Position numbers and translations under genes: made by a program
Part shown: piece after piece, positions 1 through 14,774 of the stretch
How the letters are laid out: each line of letters opens with the position of its first letter
Numbering within the stretch: the stretch's first letter is position 1
Notes under the pieces: model-generated
The model's input: the letters and a program-made list of their open reading frames with translations, nothing else
Told to the model about the DNA's origin: nothing
Databases searched by the model: none
NCBI RefSeq assembly: GCF_009914755.1
Contig: NC_060925.1
From: the human T2T-CHM13v2.0 reference genome, Homo sapiens
Length of the DNA: 64,000 bases
Reading direction: 5' to 3' (one strand)

Positions 1-417
1 GGAGTCACCCCTCAAAGTTATAATGATCTGTAATTAGCTTGAAGAAATTGTAGATTATCAAGAACTGATTAGAATCTACTTGTTTTTGCTTCTTTTGGAA
101 ATGTTGGGTATATTCTGGTCCCCTTTTACACAAAGTTTTTGAAAACTTTTTAAAATACTCTTCCACATTAGCATAGTACTATCTTTCTGATCATTTTTTC
201 TCAATTTGATAGAGGAAAAAAGTTAGGTCAGGATAACAGAGACTGGGATATAAAAGTCAATTGGGCTAATCTACCACTTGACTGATTTTATTCTTCCACT
301 AAAACTTCCAGACAAGCTGAAATGAGAGTTAGATGTCATCTCCTCAAATAGTTTTCCACATACTTTTGTGCTTCCAGTGAATGAACCAACCTAATTTTGA
401 ATCCAGAGTGAACATAA

Positions 418-787
<370 letters not shown>

Positions 788-1687
788 CATAAAAAATTTT
801 GATTATTCATATAGGAAAGGTAAAAATAACTCAGCCTTCACCTAGCTGCCGTATATCTAGTCACTGGTTTTGGTACTTCATCTGTTTTGATAATCTGTTT
901 TTAATTTGGATCACCTGGATACTCTCTATATATTTTTAAGAACTAATTTTTTTAAGATCTGGAGAAGTAACTTCTATAGAACAGGAATGACTATTTTAGG
1001 TTATAATACAATACTTGCTGTGAGTCATCAGCGAATCTCAGTTTTCATGGTTTTCTAAAATAAACTCATTTAAAGAATATGTAATGGGAAGTGTCATATT
1101 TTAAACTACCCCATTTTATTATTTATTTATTATTTTGTAAAAACTTACAGACTCACTGTTAAAACAACTCAAAGGAGAATCTTAACAATGGTAGAAAGTA
1201 AAAATTCCCACCCAGAGGAAATCTCTTTTAAATTTTTGAGCATCTTCCCATATTTTCCCATGAGTGGGATCATACTGTGTATGTTGTTCAATAGCCTATT
1301 ATTTTCTGTTAATAGAATATTACAAATAGCAAATTTCTGAATGAAAAAATATTAGAATCAATTTAGAATTGTTTGTGAATAAAGTTTTTATTTCTGGAAA
1401 TACTGAATCAACTCATTTGAAACCTTGGTTATAAGTTTCTTACGTTTAATGGAAAGGAAATAATTTCTAAGAGTACTAATATTTAATTTCATGGAAATTA
1501 TATGTGAATCTCTTGGAAAATCCAATTTAAAGAATGTGCCGTTTTAAAAAATATATATAATATTTTATATAATTTCCAGGGTTCTTGGATTTCCCCACCA
1601 CCACCATCCCAAAGCCCATTTATGCTGATGGTAGAAGGAAGTGGGATGTCTGTAGAGCTTAGGTCCTGCTCTAGAGACTTGAACACC

Positions 1688-1984
1688 TTGTTTTTGTTTG
1701 TTTGAGACAGGGTCTTGCTCTGTCACCCAGGCTAGAGTGCAGTGGTGCAATCTCCTCACTGCAACTTCTGCCTCCTGGTTCAAGCAATTCTCCTACCTCA
1801 GTCTTCTGAGTAGCTGGGATTACAGGTACGAGCCACCACGCCTGGCTAATTTTTGTATTTTTAGTAGAGACGGGGTTTCGCCATGTGGGCCAGCTTGGTC
1901 TCGAACTCCTGGCCTCAAGTGATCTGCCCACCTTGGCCCCCCCAAAGTGCTGGGATTACAGGTGTGATCCACCATGCCCAGCCC
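1688..1984 (-). mobile_element. Alu
   Basis: Alu dimer. Confidence 0.93.
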
Positions 1985-2754
1985 AGTTAATTTTTTGAAA
2001 TAAAAAATAGCAGTAGTTGCGGATATACTTACATTTGAATGGTAATTGATTAAAACATGGATGTATTTAAGTTCTTGAAAGTTTTAGTTAGTATTGTAGG
2101 GGTTTTCTTAAAATAATACATACATTTATATATTAGAACATTATCAAACTGGCAGTGCGTATGTGTTCTAATTTCCTGAAATACGATGTCTACAATTTTT
2201 TCCCACCATTTTCAATTTTAATGAAATCACAGAACCTTAATAAGTCATATTTAGTCACAGTGCTGTGAATCATTTGTTAATAAACATTTCCATTGTTACT
2301 TTATAATAGCCTGCTCTCTAAAGTTTCAAATAAAAGCTGATTTTAGATTTTTAGTTATTAATGTTCTAGGGGTATTGCCAAAAAAAGCTACATGTCCTAT
2401 ATTCTGTGCCAGTTTCTTAAATTAGAATCTTGGATTGCATCCTCAGCGTGTCACTGTAGTGGTATTGCTGGGTTGCTATGATACAGTGCTTGTTCTATAA
2501 TTTGTAGCATGAATCCTATATGAGATCTTACTTTAGATTTCAAGTATGTTAGCAGCAGTAATTAGGGATGTTTTCCTCTAAGGAAAATTATAGTTATAAA
2601 ATTATTATTTGTTAGAAATGATTCCTGCTACTTCAAATTATTTATCCTTAAATGTAGAGGATTAACAATGAACAACTTGAAATAACTTGGTTATCACCTC
2701 AGAAGTTTAGTTTATCACTGATTTAATGAAGAAGGGCAAGAAGAGGAAGGCTTT

Positions 2755-2764
2755 ATGATAATGA
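2755..2764 (+). CDS. PPP2R5A: Alternative first coding exon (M-I-M-N) of a short B56-alpha isoform
   Basis: ATG ATA ATG A|gtatgt donor, phase 1, joins AT GCC ACT of exon 2 in frame. 10+1280 nt = 429 aa, consistent with my recollection of a shorter annotated isoform starting MIMN. Confidence 0.75.
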
Positions 2765-3249
2765 GTATGTATATTAAGATTTCAGTGTTCTACTTGGTAT
2801 TTGAAATCTTGAGGAGAGAAATGAATAGAGACTAGATTTTCTGGGAAGATGCATTTGAAACAGTACAAGCAAAACCACATTACAGGGGAAAACTACAAAT
2901 TATCTTACTGTATTGTATTAAAAATTCGGTGAACTGTTCTTAAAACCAACCCTCTGTGGCCATCTTAATAAGCTATTGTTACTACCTCTTTTTCATTTTA
3001 TGTGTTGGTTTTAGTATTTCATTTACATGTTCCTTGAAAATTTTTATTAATCTAATTTAGTATTATAAGTTATAGGAAACATAAAGACAAAACTAGTGGA
3101 TTCTGTGTATGTGTTGTATACACATTGGTGGTGGAATGAAGTTTATATGATTATTGGTCAGTGGCATTGCTGCAATTGATCTTTAAACTTTTAGTGTCTC
3201 TCAGCAATGTTTTGGGTATTTGATTTGAAAGTATTTTAGAGACCAGAGC

Positions 3250-4915
3250 TTAAAACAGCTCTATTGAGATATAATTCATACACCATGTAATTCCCCATTT
3301 AAAGTATACAATTCCATGGCTTTTAGTATATTCACAGACATGTGCAACTACCACAGTCAATTTTAGAATAGTTTTATCATCTCAAAAAGATATCCCATGC
3401 CCTTTAACTGTCACCCCCTATTCCTTTAGGGATTCCTTGAGTAACCATTAATTTACTTTCCGTCTCTAGATTTCCCTATTCTGGACATTTCATGTGAATG
3501 GAATATTATAATATGTCGTCTTTTGTAATAGGCTTCTTTCATTCACTTTGCATAATGTTTTCAAGGATTTATTCATGTTGTAGCATGTGTTAGTACTTCA
3601 TTCCTTTTTATGGCTGAATAATATTCTATTGTATGGTTATACCATGTTTTATTTATCCATTCCTCACTCGATGGACATTTCAGTTCTTTCTACTGTTTGG
3701 TTATGAATAATGCTGCTATGAACATTTGTATACAAGTTTTTGTGTGGACATATGTTTTCATTTCTCTTGGGTATATGTAGGAGTGGAACTGCTCGGTCAT
3801 AAGGTAATTCTGGGCTTAGTCACTTGATAAATTGCCACAGTTTTTTCCGTAGTGGCTGCACTATTTTACACTCCCACTTGTGGTATGTGAGGATTTTCAT
3901 CGCTCCACATCCTTACCAGTACTTCTTATTTTGACTTTCTGATTATAGCCATCCTAATGGATGTGAACTAGTATCTCTTCGTGGTTATGATTTGCATTTC
4001 CCTAATTACTAATGATGTCAAGTGTCTTTGAACATGCTTATTGGCCATTTGTATATGTTCCTTGGAGAAATGACTCTTTAGATCCTTTGCCCACTTTTGA
4101 ATTGTTATTTGTCTTTTTATCGAGTTGTAAGAATTCTTTATATGTCCTTGATATAAGCCCCTTGTGTCTTTTCACTTTCTTGGTGGTATCCTTTGAAGCG
4201 CAAATGTTTTAAATTTTGAGTAAGTCTAAATTCTCTTTTTTCTTGTTACTTGTGCTTTTGGAGTCATTTCTAAGGATCCTTTCCCAGATATGAGGCTATG
4301 AAGATTTACTCTGTGTTTTCTTCTAAGAATTTTGTAATTTTAACCTTTACATTTAGGTCTTTGGCCATTTTTAGTTAATTTTTATATAGGGTATGACTTA
4401 AGGATTCAAATTCATTATTTTGTGTGTAGTTATCACATTTATCTCCACACCACTTGTTGAAAATACTTCTTTCCCCGTTAGATGGTCTTGGCCCTTTTGT
4501 TGAAAATTAGCACATGGTTTTATTTCTGGATTCTCAATTCTATCCCATTGATCTGTATGTCTGTTCTTGTGTCAGTACCACACTGTCTTGATTACTTGTT
4601 TTATATAGTAAGTTTTGAAATGGGATAGTGTGAATCTTCCTACTTTGTTTTTCTTTTTCAGGATTGTTTCGGCTGTTATTGGGTTATTTATAATTGCAAA
4701 GTTAAGTTTTTGATTTAAGATCTTTTGTTCTTTCTTCTCTAGACATTTATAGCTATATCTTTCTCTCTAAACACCCTTAAATTTTGGTATGTTATGTCTT
4801 CATTTTCATTTGTCTCAACGTATTTTTTATTTTCTTTTAGGTTTCTTCTTTGACACATTAGTTGTTTAAGAATCACTTAATTTCCAAAGATTTTTGAATT
4901 TCCCAAAAATGTTTT
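3250..4915 (-). mobile_element. Old L1 (L1M-type) 3' end and ORF2 fragment
   Basis: ttgagatataattcatacaccat..., gttgtagcatgt...ttccttttatggctgaataatattc and gtaccacactgtcttgattac are typical antisense L1MA/MB sequence. Confidence 0.8.
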
Positions 4916-4942
4916 AACTTCTCTTTTTTAAGAGATGGGGTC

Positions 4943-5238
<296 letters not shown>

Positions 5239-5365
5239 GAGATGGGGTCTCGCTATGTTGCCCAGGCTTGAGTGCAGTGGCCGTTCACAGATGCTATAAT
5301 AGTATGCTGTGGCCTCTTAACTCCTGGCCTCAAAGGGATCCTTGTTGCCTAAGCCTCTCAAGTAA

Positions 5366-5993
<628 letters not shown>

Positions 5994-6594
5994 TCCAGCC
6001 CCCAATTTTTTAATGTTACTGATTTCTAACTTCATTCCTTTGTGGTCAGAGAACATAGTTTGTATTTCTGTTCTTTTAAAATTTTTGAGGTTTGTTTTAT
6101 TATCTGGTATGTGGTCTGGTCTTTCCTGGTGGATGTACCATGTGTGCTTGAGAATATATATTCTCCTGTTGTTGGGTGGAGTGTTCTATAGTGAGTATAA
6201 ATTCTATAGTGTTCCATAGACACCTCTTAGGTGTGGTTGGTTTATGTGTGTTCAAAGTCTTCTTCTTGTTGATCTTCCACCTAATTGTTCTATCCATTAC
6301 TGAAAGTGGGGTGTTGAAGGCTTCAACTATCATTGCTTTTGAATTTTCTATTTCTCTCTTTGTTTCTGTCAGTTTTTCTTCATATATTTTGGTACTGTGT
6401 TAATAGGTGCAAATATGTTTATAATTGTTACCCTCTTCCTGAAAGACTGACCCTTCTATCATTACAAAATGACTCTCTTTAGATATGAGATAAAGAGTAT
6501 CTTTATATAATGATATTTATATCTAAATAAGATATAAGGATGAAAAATAATATATATCCAAACAGCCACAAGAAAACTGGAGTGGCTATACTAA

Positions 6595-7100
6595 TGTTAG
6601 GAATAACACTCAAAATCCTAAGGAAATTGAACACTTGAACAAAGGATTCTTAGCAAAGCAATTTTACTTCTGCACAGAGGGTGCCTCCCTGGCCAGTTGT
6701 CCTGAGAGCACACCTGAACAAAGGGGCACGAGAGCCTTTATTCCTGATGCAAGTCCTGCCCCTGTACCCTTTCCCCATTGGCCGGGGTCGGGTCGTACAA
6801 TCTAAACTAATCCTGGTTGGCTAAACATTGTATTTTTTTTAGATAGGGTGGGCACGTAAAGGAAAGTGGAGAGAATAGGGGAAGGGGTGTCTGTAATGAG
6901 CCATAAAGTTAGTCCTCTTTCCAAATAAGGAAAGGAATGTGAGCTGGTACTGATAACACTTGGTAGTGTGGCGTGCCTGGGCATTTAACAAAGGCAAGAA
7001 GGGAAAAGGGGAAAAAAGGAGAATGGAGGGGGGGTAACTACGAATTAAAAAATAAAAGATTGATCAGATTATTTGAAGAGAAACCTCATCATATCCCACA
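6595..7100 (-). mobile_element. Solo ERV1 LTR, LTR10 family (HERV-I related)
   Basis: TG...CA termini, 506 bp, 4-bp TSD CTAA (6591-6594, 7101-7104); minus-strand start TGTGGGATATGATGAGGTTTCTCTTC resembles LTR10 as recalled. Confidence 0.75.
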
Positions 7101-7400
7101 CTAATATCAAACAAAACAGACTTTAAAAATATATACAGTTTGATATATATATCTATTTAAGATATGAGACAAAAGTTTTCTGTATATGTCAAACATTTAC
7201 CTATTTTTTTAAAGTCTGTTTTATCTAATACTGGTATAGCCACTCCAGCTTTCTTATGGTTGTTTACATGATATATTATTTTTCATCTTTTTATTTTCAA
7301 TCTACTTGTATTTTTAAATTTAAATTGTATCTTCTGGAGACTTAGATCATTTTTTAAAAATTCAGTTTGACAATCTCTACCTTTTGATGGGCTTGGTTAA

Positions 7401-7727
<327 letters not shown>

Positions 7728-8529
7728 GGTTAATCCATTTACACTTAATGTAGTTGTTCATATAGTTGGATTTATGCCTGCCATTTTACTTTCCGTTTTC
7801 TCTGTCCCTCATGTCTTTTTTTGTTCTCTATTGTATTCTTTTTCTGTTTTCTTTAGTATTAAGTGAATATTTTCTAATGCAGCATTTAAACTTGTGTAAT
7901 GATTATTTTTCACTACATATTTTTGAGAGTTTTTTTTTTTTAGTGGCTGCCCTTGGGTTTATTATATGCATTTTAACTTATTAGAATCAGCTTCAAATTT
8001 ATACAAGCTTTGTTCTAGTGAGATGTAGAATCATTATTCCTATATGCCTCTGTTTCCTTTCCTCCTTTTTTGTGATATTAGTGTTATATAATATCTGTTA
8101 ATGTTACAACCCCGAGAATATATTGTTATAATTATTACTTTACCATCAGTAGTTATTTCTTTAATGCAGCACAACTTTCCTCCCACCTCCTCCTTTGTGC
8201 TGTTATTAGCAAATACATTACATTTCTATGTATCAACCGTCCAACGGTACATTATATAATATTATTTTGTGTAATGGCTGTTAAAATCAGGTAAGAGAAG
8301 AAAGAAAAATAGGCACTTATAATGTACTTTATAGTTACATAATTATCTTTACTGGTGCTCTATGTTTTTAAATACAGATTTCAAGCTATCATTGGTGGTC
8401 ATATGCTTGAGCCTGAAGGAAATCCTTTAGTGTTTCTATAAGGTAGAACAGCTAGCAAAAAATTCTTCGTTTTTATTTATTTGGGAACGTCTTCATTTTG
8501 CCTTCATATTTTAAAGATTTAAATACTTC

Positions 8530-8770
8530 TCGAGATACGGTCTCGCTCTAGTGCCCAGGCTGGAGTGCAGTGGCGTGATCTTGGCTCACTGCAACCTCTG
8601 CCTCCTGAGCTCAAGTTATCTTCTTGCCTCAGCCTCCAAGAAGTTATCTTCTTGCCTCAGAATATCTGCCACCACACCTGGCTAATTTTTGTATTTTTTT
8701 GTAGAGACAGGTTCTCAACTGTTGCCCAGGCTGATCTTGAACTCCTGAGTCCACCTGCCTCAGCTCCCAA
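8530..8770 (-). mobile_element. Degenerate Alu
   Basis: Alu arms; flanking gccttcat(a/t)ttt(t/g)aaagat direct repeat. Confidence 0.85.
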
Positions 8771-9079
8771 GCCTTCATTTTTGAAAGATCGTTTTATTGG
8801 ATATAGGATTTTTGGTGACAAGTTTTTGTTTTTCTTTGAGCACTTTGAATATGTTATTCCACTGTTTTCTGGCCTCAGTTGTTTTTGCTAAGAAGTCAAT
8901 TGTTATCTTAGCCCTTGAAAGTAACTAGTTGTTTTTCTCTTGGTGCTTTCAAGGTTTTCTCCTTGTCTTTGACTTTCATCATTTTTACTGTGATGTTTAT
9001 TTGTGGATCTTGTTGAGTTTATCCTTCTTGGAGTTTCTTGTGTTAGGTTTATGTTACTCAATACATTATGTTGGTACAC

Positions 9080-9377
9080 TTTTTTTTTTTTTTTTTGAGA
9101 TGGAGTCTTGCTCTGTTGCCCAGGCTGGAGTATAGTGGCATGATCTTGGCTCACTGCAACCTGTACCTCTCAGGTTCAAGTGATTCTCCTGCCTCACCCT
9201 CTTGAGTAGTTGGGACTACAGGCACCTGCCACCATGCCCGGCTAATTTTTGTATTTTTAGTAGAGACAGAGTTTTGCTATGCTGGCTAGGCTGGTCTCAA
9301 ACTCCTGACCTCAGGTGATCCTCCCGCCTCGGCCTCCCAAAGTGCTGGGATTACAGGCCTGAGCCACCGCACCTGGC
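9080..9377 (-). mobile_element. AluS
   Basis: TSD TGTTGGTACACTT. Confidence 0.93.
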
Positions 9378-9664
9378 TGTGTGTTGGTACACTTAATGGT
9401 GTCCTATAGGTCTCTGAAGTTCTGTTTATTTTTCTTCATTCTTTTTTCTTTCTGTTCTTCAGATTGCATAATTTCTGTTGATGTATTTTCAAGTTCCCCA
9501 ATTCTTTCTAATGCCAGTTCTCGTCTCCTCATGGGTCCCTTTAGTTTATTTTGCTATTATGTTTTTCAACTCCAGGATTTTCATTTTATTCCTTTTTTCT
9601 TTTTGTAAATTCTATCTCTTTATGATATTCTCTGTTTGATGTAACATTGTCATCATACCTTTCT

Positions 9665-10206
<542 letters not shown>

Positions 10207-10394
10207 TTACTTCTTTAATCATAGTTTAGTTCTTTGAACATATATAATGACTACTTTAAAGTCATATATTCTGTTAAATCCAACATACGGTCACTCTCAC
10301 AGGCAGGTTCTACAACCTTCTTTTTTTCTGGCACATGGGTTATATTTTTCCTGTTTCTTTGTGCGTTTTGTTATTAACTGGACATTTAAAATAA

Positions 10395-10583
10395 CAGGTA
10401 TCCAACCTTTTGGCTTCCCTGGGCCACATTGGAAGAATTGTCTTGGGCCACACATAAAATACACTAACACTAACGATAGCTGACGAGCTAAAAGAAAAAA
10501 AAAAGTTCATGCATAATTTTTGTGATACCCACCACCACAGATAAGCAAAAAAGTCCTCACATCCTAAGGGTTGGACTCGGCTG
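10395..10583 (+). mobile_element. MER30-family hAT MITE
   Basis: ccaaccttttggcttccctgggccacattggaagaattgtcttgggccacacataaaatacactaacactaacgatagctga...gggttggac. Confidence 0.8.
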
Positions 10584-11660
10584 TTTTAAATAATATATTG
10601 TAGCAACTCTTGGTACCAACCTTGTTATTGTCACTTGTTTGTTTAGTGACTGGGTGTAGTTTTCCCCCATACTTTGTAAAGCCTCTGATCTTGTTCCTCA
10701 GAGAGGTGCAGCTTTGGATATGCCCAGGCACCTTGGGATGACAGTGGTTTTGGCAGGGTTCTCTTTGTCTTTTCCTGACCATACTCCCAGCTGTTAAGTT
10801 CCATTGATTTTCAGCTGATTGCTCAATTGTTTTCAATAATGCTTTGGGGCACACATTGTTCTACAGACTAATCCAATCAAATCCAGGCTCCTTTGAAGGA
10901 ATAGTTCCCAAGGTCAGTATGTGATATTTGTTCTAACATCAGGAGGGCTCCACACTGCTGGGTTTTTTTTTTTGTCTCTCCTGAAAAATAACTAGCCTAC
11001 AGTTTAGTCTGTATCCTCATTGAATTTACAGATCTCCCCATTATCTTTCACCAAAACCTCCACTGTTTTTAAGAGTACCCTTAGGCTTGAACATTTTTTT
11101 TAATGCCCTGTTGTAAAGAAGTCAGTTGTTTTGGGAAAAGATGAAGAGCTAACTGTTTTATGGCCTACTTCTCCCCCATCCCCCACAAAATCTCTGGAGT
11201 CGGGGCTCAGAGCTGGGAGTGGGGACAATTGTATGCTTCTTTCTGAAACCCTGCTTTAGAAGCTGAGCAGTTTGGGGAAGTGGGAGCAGCAGCCCGAGGT
11301 CTTCTTTTTGGCTTGCCTCTTCCAGTGTGGAATCACAACTTTATAGGCCAGAACAAAGGTGATTGAGGCCCCAGTTATTTTTTTAGCAGTGTTGCACAAA
11401 AGGTAGAGCCTCTGCCCCATGCGTGGAGGTTGGGCAGAAGAAAGGAGGCCTGCCTTTCAGTTGCACTTGTCTAGAACTTATCCTCAGCAACAATAAGTTG
11501 CTGTGGAAAGGATGAGAAATGCTGATAGGTCCTACTCCTTACCTAAAGATGTCTGGGAGCTAGAAGTAGAGGAAGAGCCCTGTGTTCTCCTCTGCGTCTC
11601 TTTGAAGTAGGGTTTCTACATAGCTGAGCCAAGGGGGAAGGAGCTCTCTTGCTTAAAATA

Positions 11661-13020
11661 CAGTCATGTGCTGCATAACGATGTTTTGGTCCATGACGTG
11701 GTATATAGGATGGTGGTCCCAAAATATTACAGTGGAGCTGAAAAATTCCTGTCCCCTAGTGATGTAGCTTTAGTTCATAGAACAAGGCATGACTCACATG
11801 TTTATGGTGATGCCAGTGTAAAAAAACCAGCTGCACTATCATATAAAAGTATATATAGCTGCCAGGCATGGTGGCTCAAGCCTATCCCAGCACTTCGGGA
11901 GGCTGAGGCAGGCGGATCACGAGGTCGGGAGATCGAGACCATCCTGGCTAACACGGTGAAACCCCGTCTCTACTAAAAATACGAAAAATTAGTCGGGTGT
12001 GGTGGCAGGCGCCTGTAGTCCCAGCTGCTCCCGGAGGCTGAGGCAGAAGAATGGCATGAACCCGGGAGGCGGAGGCAGTGAGCCATGATCGTGCCACTGC
12101 ACTCCAGCCTGGGCGACAGAGCAAGACTCCGTCTCAAAAAAAAAAAAAGTATATATAGCATATACAATTATGTACAATACATAATACTTGATAATAAATG
12201 TTACTGGCTTATGTATTTATTATACTATTTTTATCATTATTTTAGAGTGTGCTCCTTCTACTTATTACAAAAAAAAAAGTTAGCTGTAAAGCAGCCTCAG
12301 GCAGGCCCTTCAGGAGGTATTCTAGAAGATGTGGAGATGAGACAGTGACGTAGATGATCCTGACCCTGGGTAGGCCTAAGCCATCTGTGTTTGTGTCTTA
12401 GTTTTTAACAAAAAAGTTTAAAAAGTTAAAAAGTCTGAAAAATAGAAAAAAGCTTATAGACTACTGATAGAAAAAATATTTTTATACAGCTGTACAGTGT
12501 GTGTTTTAAGCTATGTTATTGCAAAAGAGTAAAAAAGTTAAAATTTTAAAGTTTATATAAAGTTACAGTAAGCTAAGGTCATTATTGGAGAAAGAAAATG
12601 TTTTAAATAAATTTAGGGTAGCCTAAATATACCGTTTATAAAGTCTATAGTAGTGTACAGTAATGTCCTAGGCCTTCACATTCACTCACCACTTACTCAT
12701 CCAGAGCAACTTCCAGTCTTGTAAGCTCTATTCATGTTAAGTGTCCTAGACAGATGTGCCATTTTTAAATCTTTTATACCATATTTTTTATTGCACCTTT
12801 CTATATTTGGATACACTTACAGTTGCCTATAGTATTTAGTATAGTAGCATGCTGACAGTTTTGTAGCCTAGGAGCAGTAGGCTCTACCATATAGCCTAGG
12901 CGTGTAGTAGGCTGTGCCATCTAAGTTTGTGTAATACATTCTGATATTCACACAATGATGAAACTGCCTGAGGATGCATTCTCAGAATGTATTTCTGTCA
13001 TTTTAAGTGATGCATGACTG
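11661..13020 (+). mobile_element. Tigger3/Golem-family DNA transposon with nested AluY
   Basis: TA|CAGTCATGTG...TGCATGACTG|TA terminal inverted repeats with TA TSD. Confidence 0.85.
11860..12148 (+). mobile_element. AluY in Tigger3
   Basis: 15-bp TSD AAAAGTATATATAGC (11845-11859, 12145-12159). Confidence 0.93.
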
Positions 13021-13299
13021 TACCACTAGCTCTTGGTATTCTAACTGAATTTTCATAGATATTCCTGAATAGATATTTTTTTGCTGTTTGCCCTTAGGAC
13101 CATTTCAGAGGCTATAAAAATGGCTGTTTTAAACATAACTTCTATCAGTTTCCCTGGTGAGTAGGCCTGTGGAACTTCTCACCTTGTCTTGTCAGAAGTT
13201 GATCTCCCTCTGGACTAGAATTTTAGCTTTTTTTGTAGTAATAATTAGTATCTTAGCCTTATTTAGGATTTCATAGCTTTCAGGTACATAATCATGCCA

Positions 13300-13660
13300 A
13301 TAAATCTGAAAACCTAAGAGGAGATGGGAGAATTCCTTGAAATAAACAGCTTTCTGAAACTGACACAAGAAGAAACAAAAATCTGAATAGTTATGTATCT
13401 CTTTGACTGATTCCTAATTTAAAACCCCAACAGGGAAATTACAAGAAAATTATAGACCAATATCCCTTATGAACATAGATTTTTTTAAAGTTGTATACAA
13501 AATATTAACAAATTGAATTTGAAATATATAAATAGAATGAGATATTTTGATAATGTGGGATTTATGCCAGGAATGCAAGGCTGGTTTTACATTAAAAAAA
13601 TGATTTGTTACATAAATAGAATAAAATAAAAATTATCACTTCAACATAAATAGAGAAAAT
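13300..13660 (+). mobile_element. L1 ORF2 (RT region) fragment
   Basis: aaattatagaccaatatcccttatgaacataga...gggatttatgccaggaatgcaaggctggttt (NYRPISLMN, GFMPGMQGW motifs). Confidence 0.8.
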
Positions 13661-14774
13661 AGAAAGTTCCTTCTCTGTATAGTTGCCTTCTGTTTAGTAC
13701 TTTCCTATGCAAATCCTAGCCACCTCAGTAGCCCTATCTCTAGTCTTTATTTTGCTCATTAAATCTGTTGTTCTTTTAGGGTTTCTTTTTCCTGTGCTTT
13801 CTCTCTCTGGAGAGCCCTAGCAGATAGGGAGCTGGTGCGATTGTGGGGCTTTGTTTTCCTTCCCACAGCGATCACAGTCCTGTACTGCCTGTTTTCTAGC
13901 ATCTGAAAACAATTGTTTTATATATTTTGTTCAGTTTTTAGTAGTTTACAGTGGAAAGGATAGTCTTCTGGAAGAAGTCTTGCCCACACTTTTTGTCATT
14001 CTTACCCAATAGGTATAAAGTGATGTATGACATTTCATGTATAAATTCGTGTATACTGTTTATACATACTTACATTTTTTTGGTTACCAGTGTGGTTGAA
14101 TATCTTTTCATATACTTATCGGTCATTTATGTTTCATGTGACCTTTTTTTCCTATAGATTTTGGGTTTTTTTCTTAATGATTTGTAGGTGTTCTTTTGTA
14201 CATTCTGTATACCAATTTCTTGTCCACATTTAATTTTTTAGTTCTTTCGGAACTAATTTTTGTGTGTGAAGGAAGGATCTAATTTTAATTTTTTTCATAT
14301 GAGTAGCTGGAATAATTTATTGAACTTTAAATATTTCCTACTGACTTTAAAAAAAAAAACACCAACCGTATTATATACTAACCTTTTGTATGTGTACACT
14401 GGCATGTTTCTAAGTGCCTTATTTTTTTTTCCTCAGTGGTCTGTGAATTCCTGCACAACACCATGTGGTTTTAATTACTAAATGTGGTAAGATGACTCTT
14501 CCCTTCTTCATGTTAAAAATCATCTTGGCTATTCTTGGCACTTTATTTTTCCAGACGCATTTTTAAGAACAACTCTAATGGTTCCACCAAAATACCCTAT
14601 TGAGAATTTAATCTGAATTGTATTCCTTGTATAGATTCCTTGGGGGAAAACATTGATTCTTCTCATCCATGAATATAATATATCTCCATTTATTTATCTC
14701 TTTCATACATTTCAAGAATGTTTTATAATTATATTCATAAGAGCTTTGCTTGTTTTTCGTTAGACTTCTCAGAT

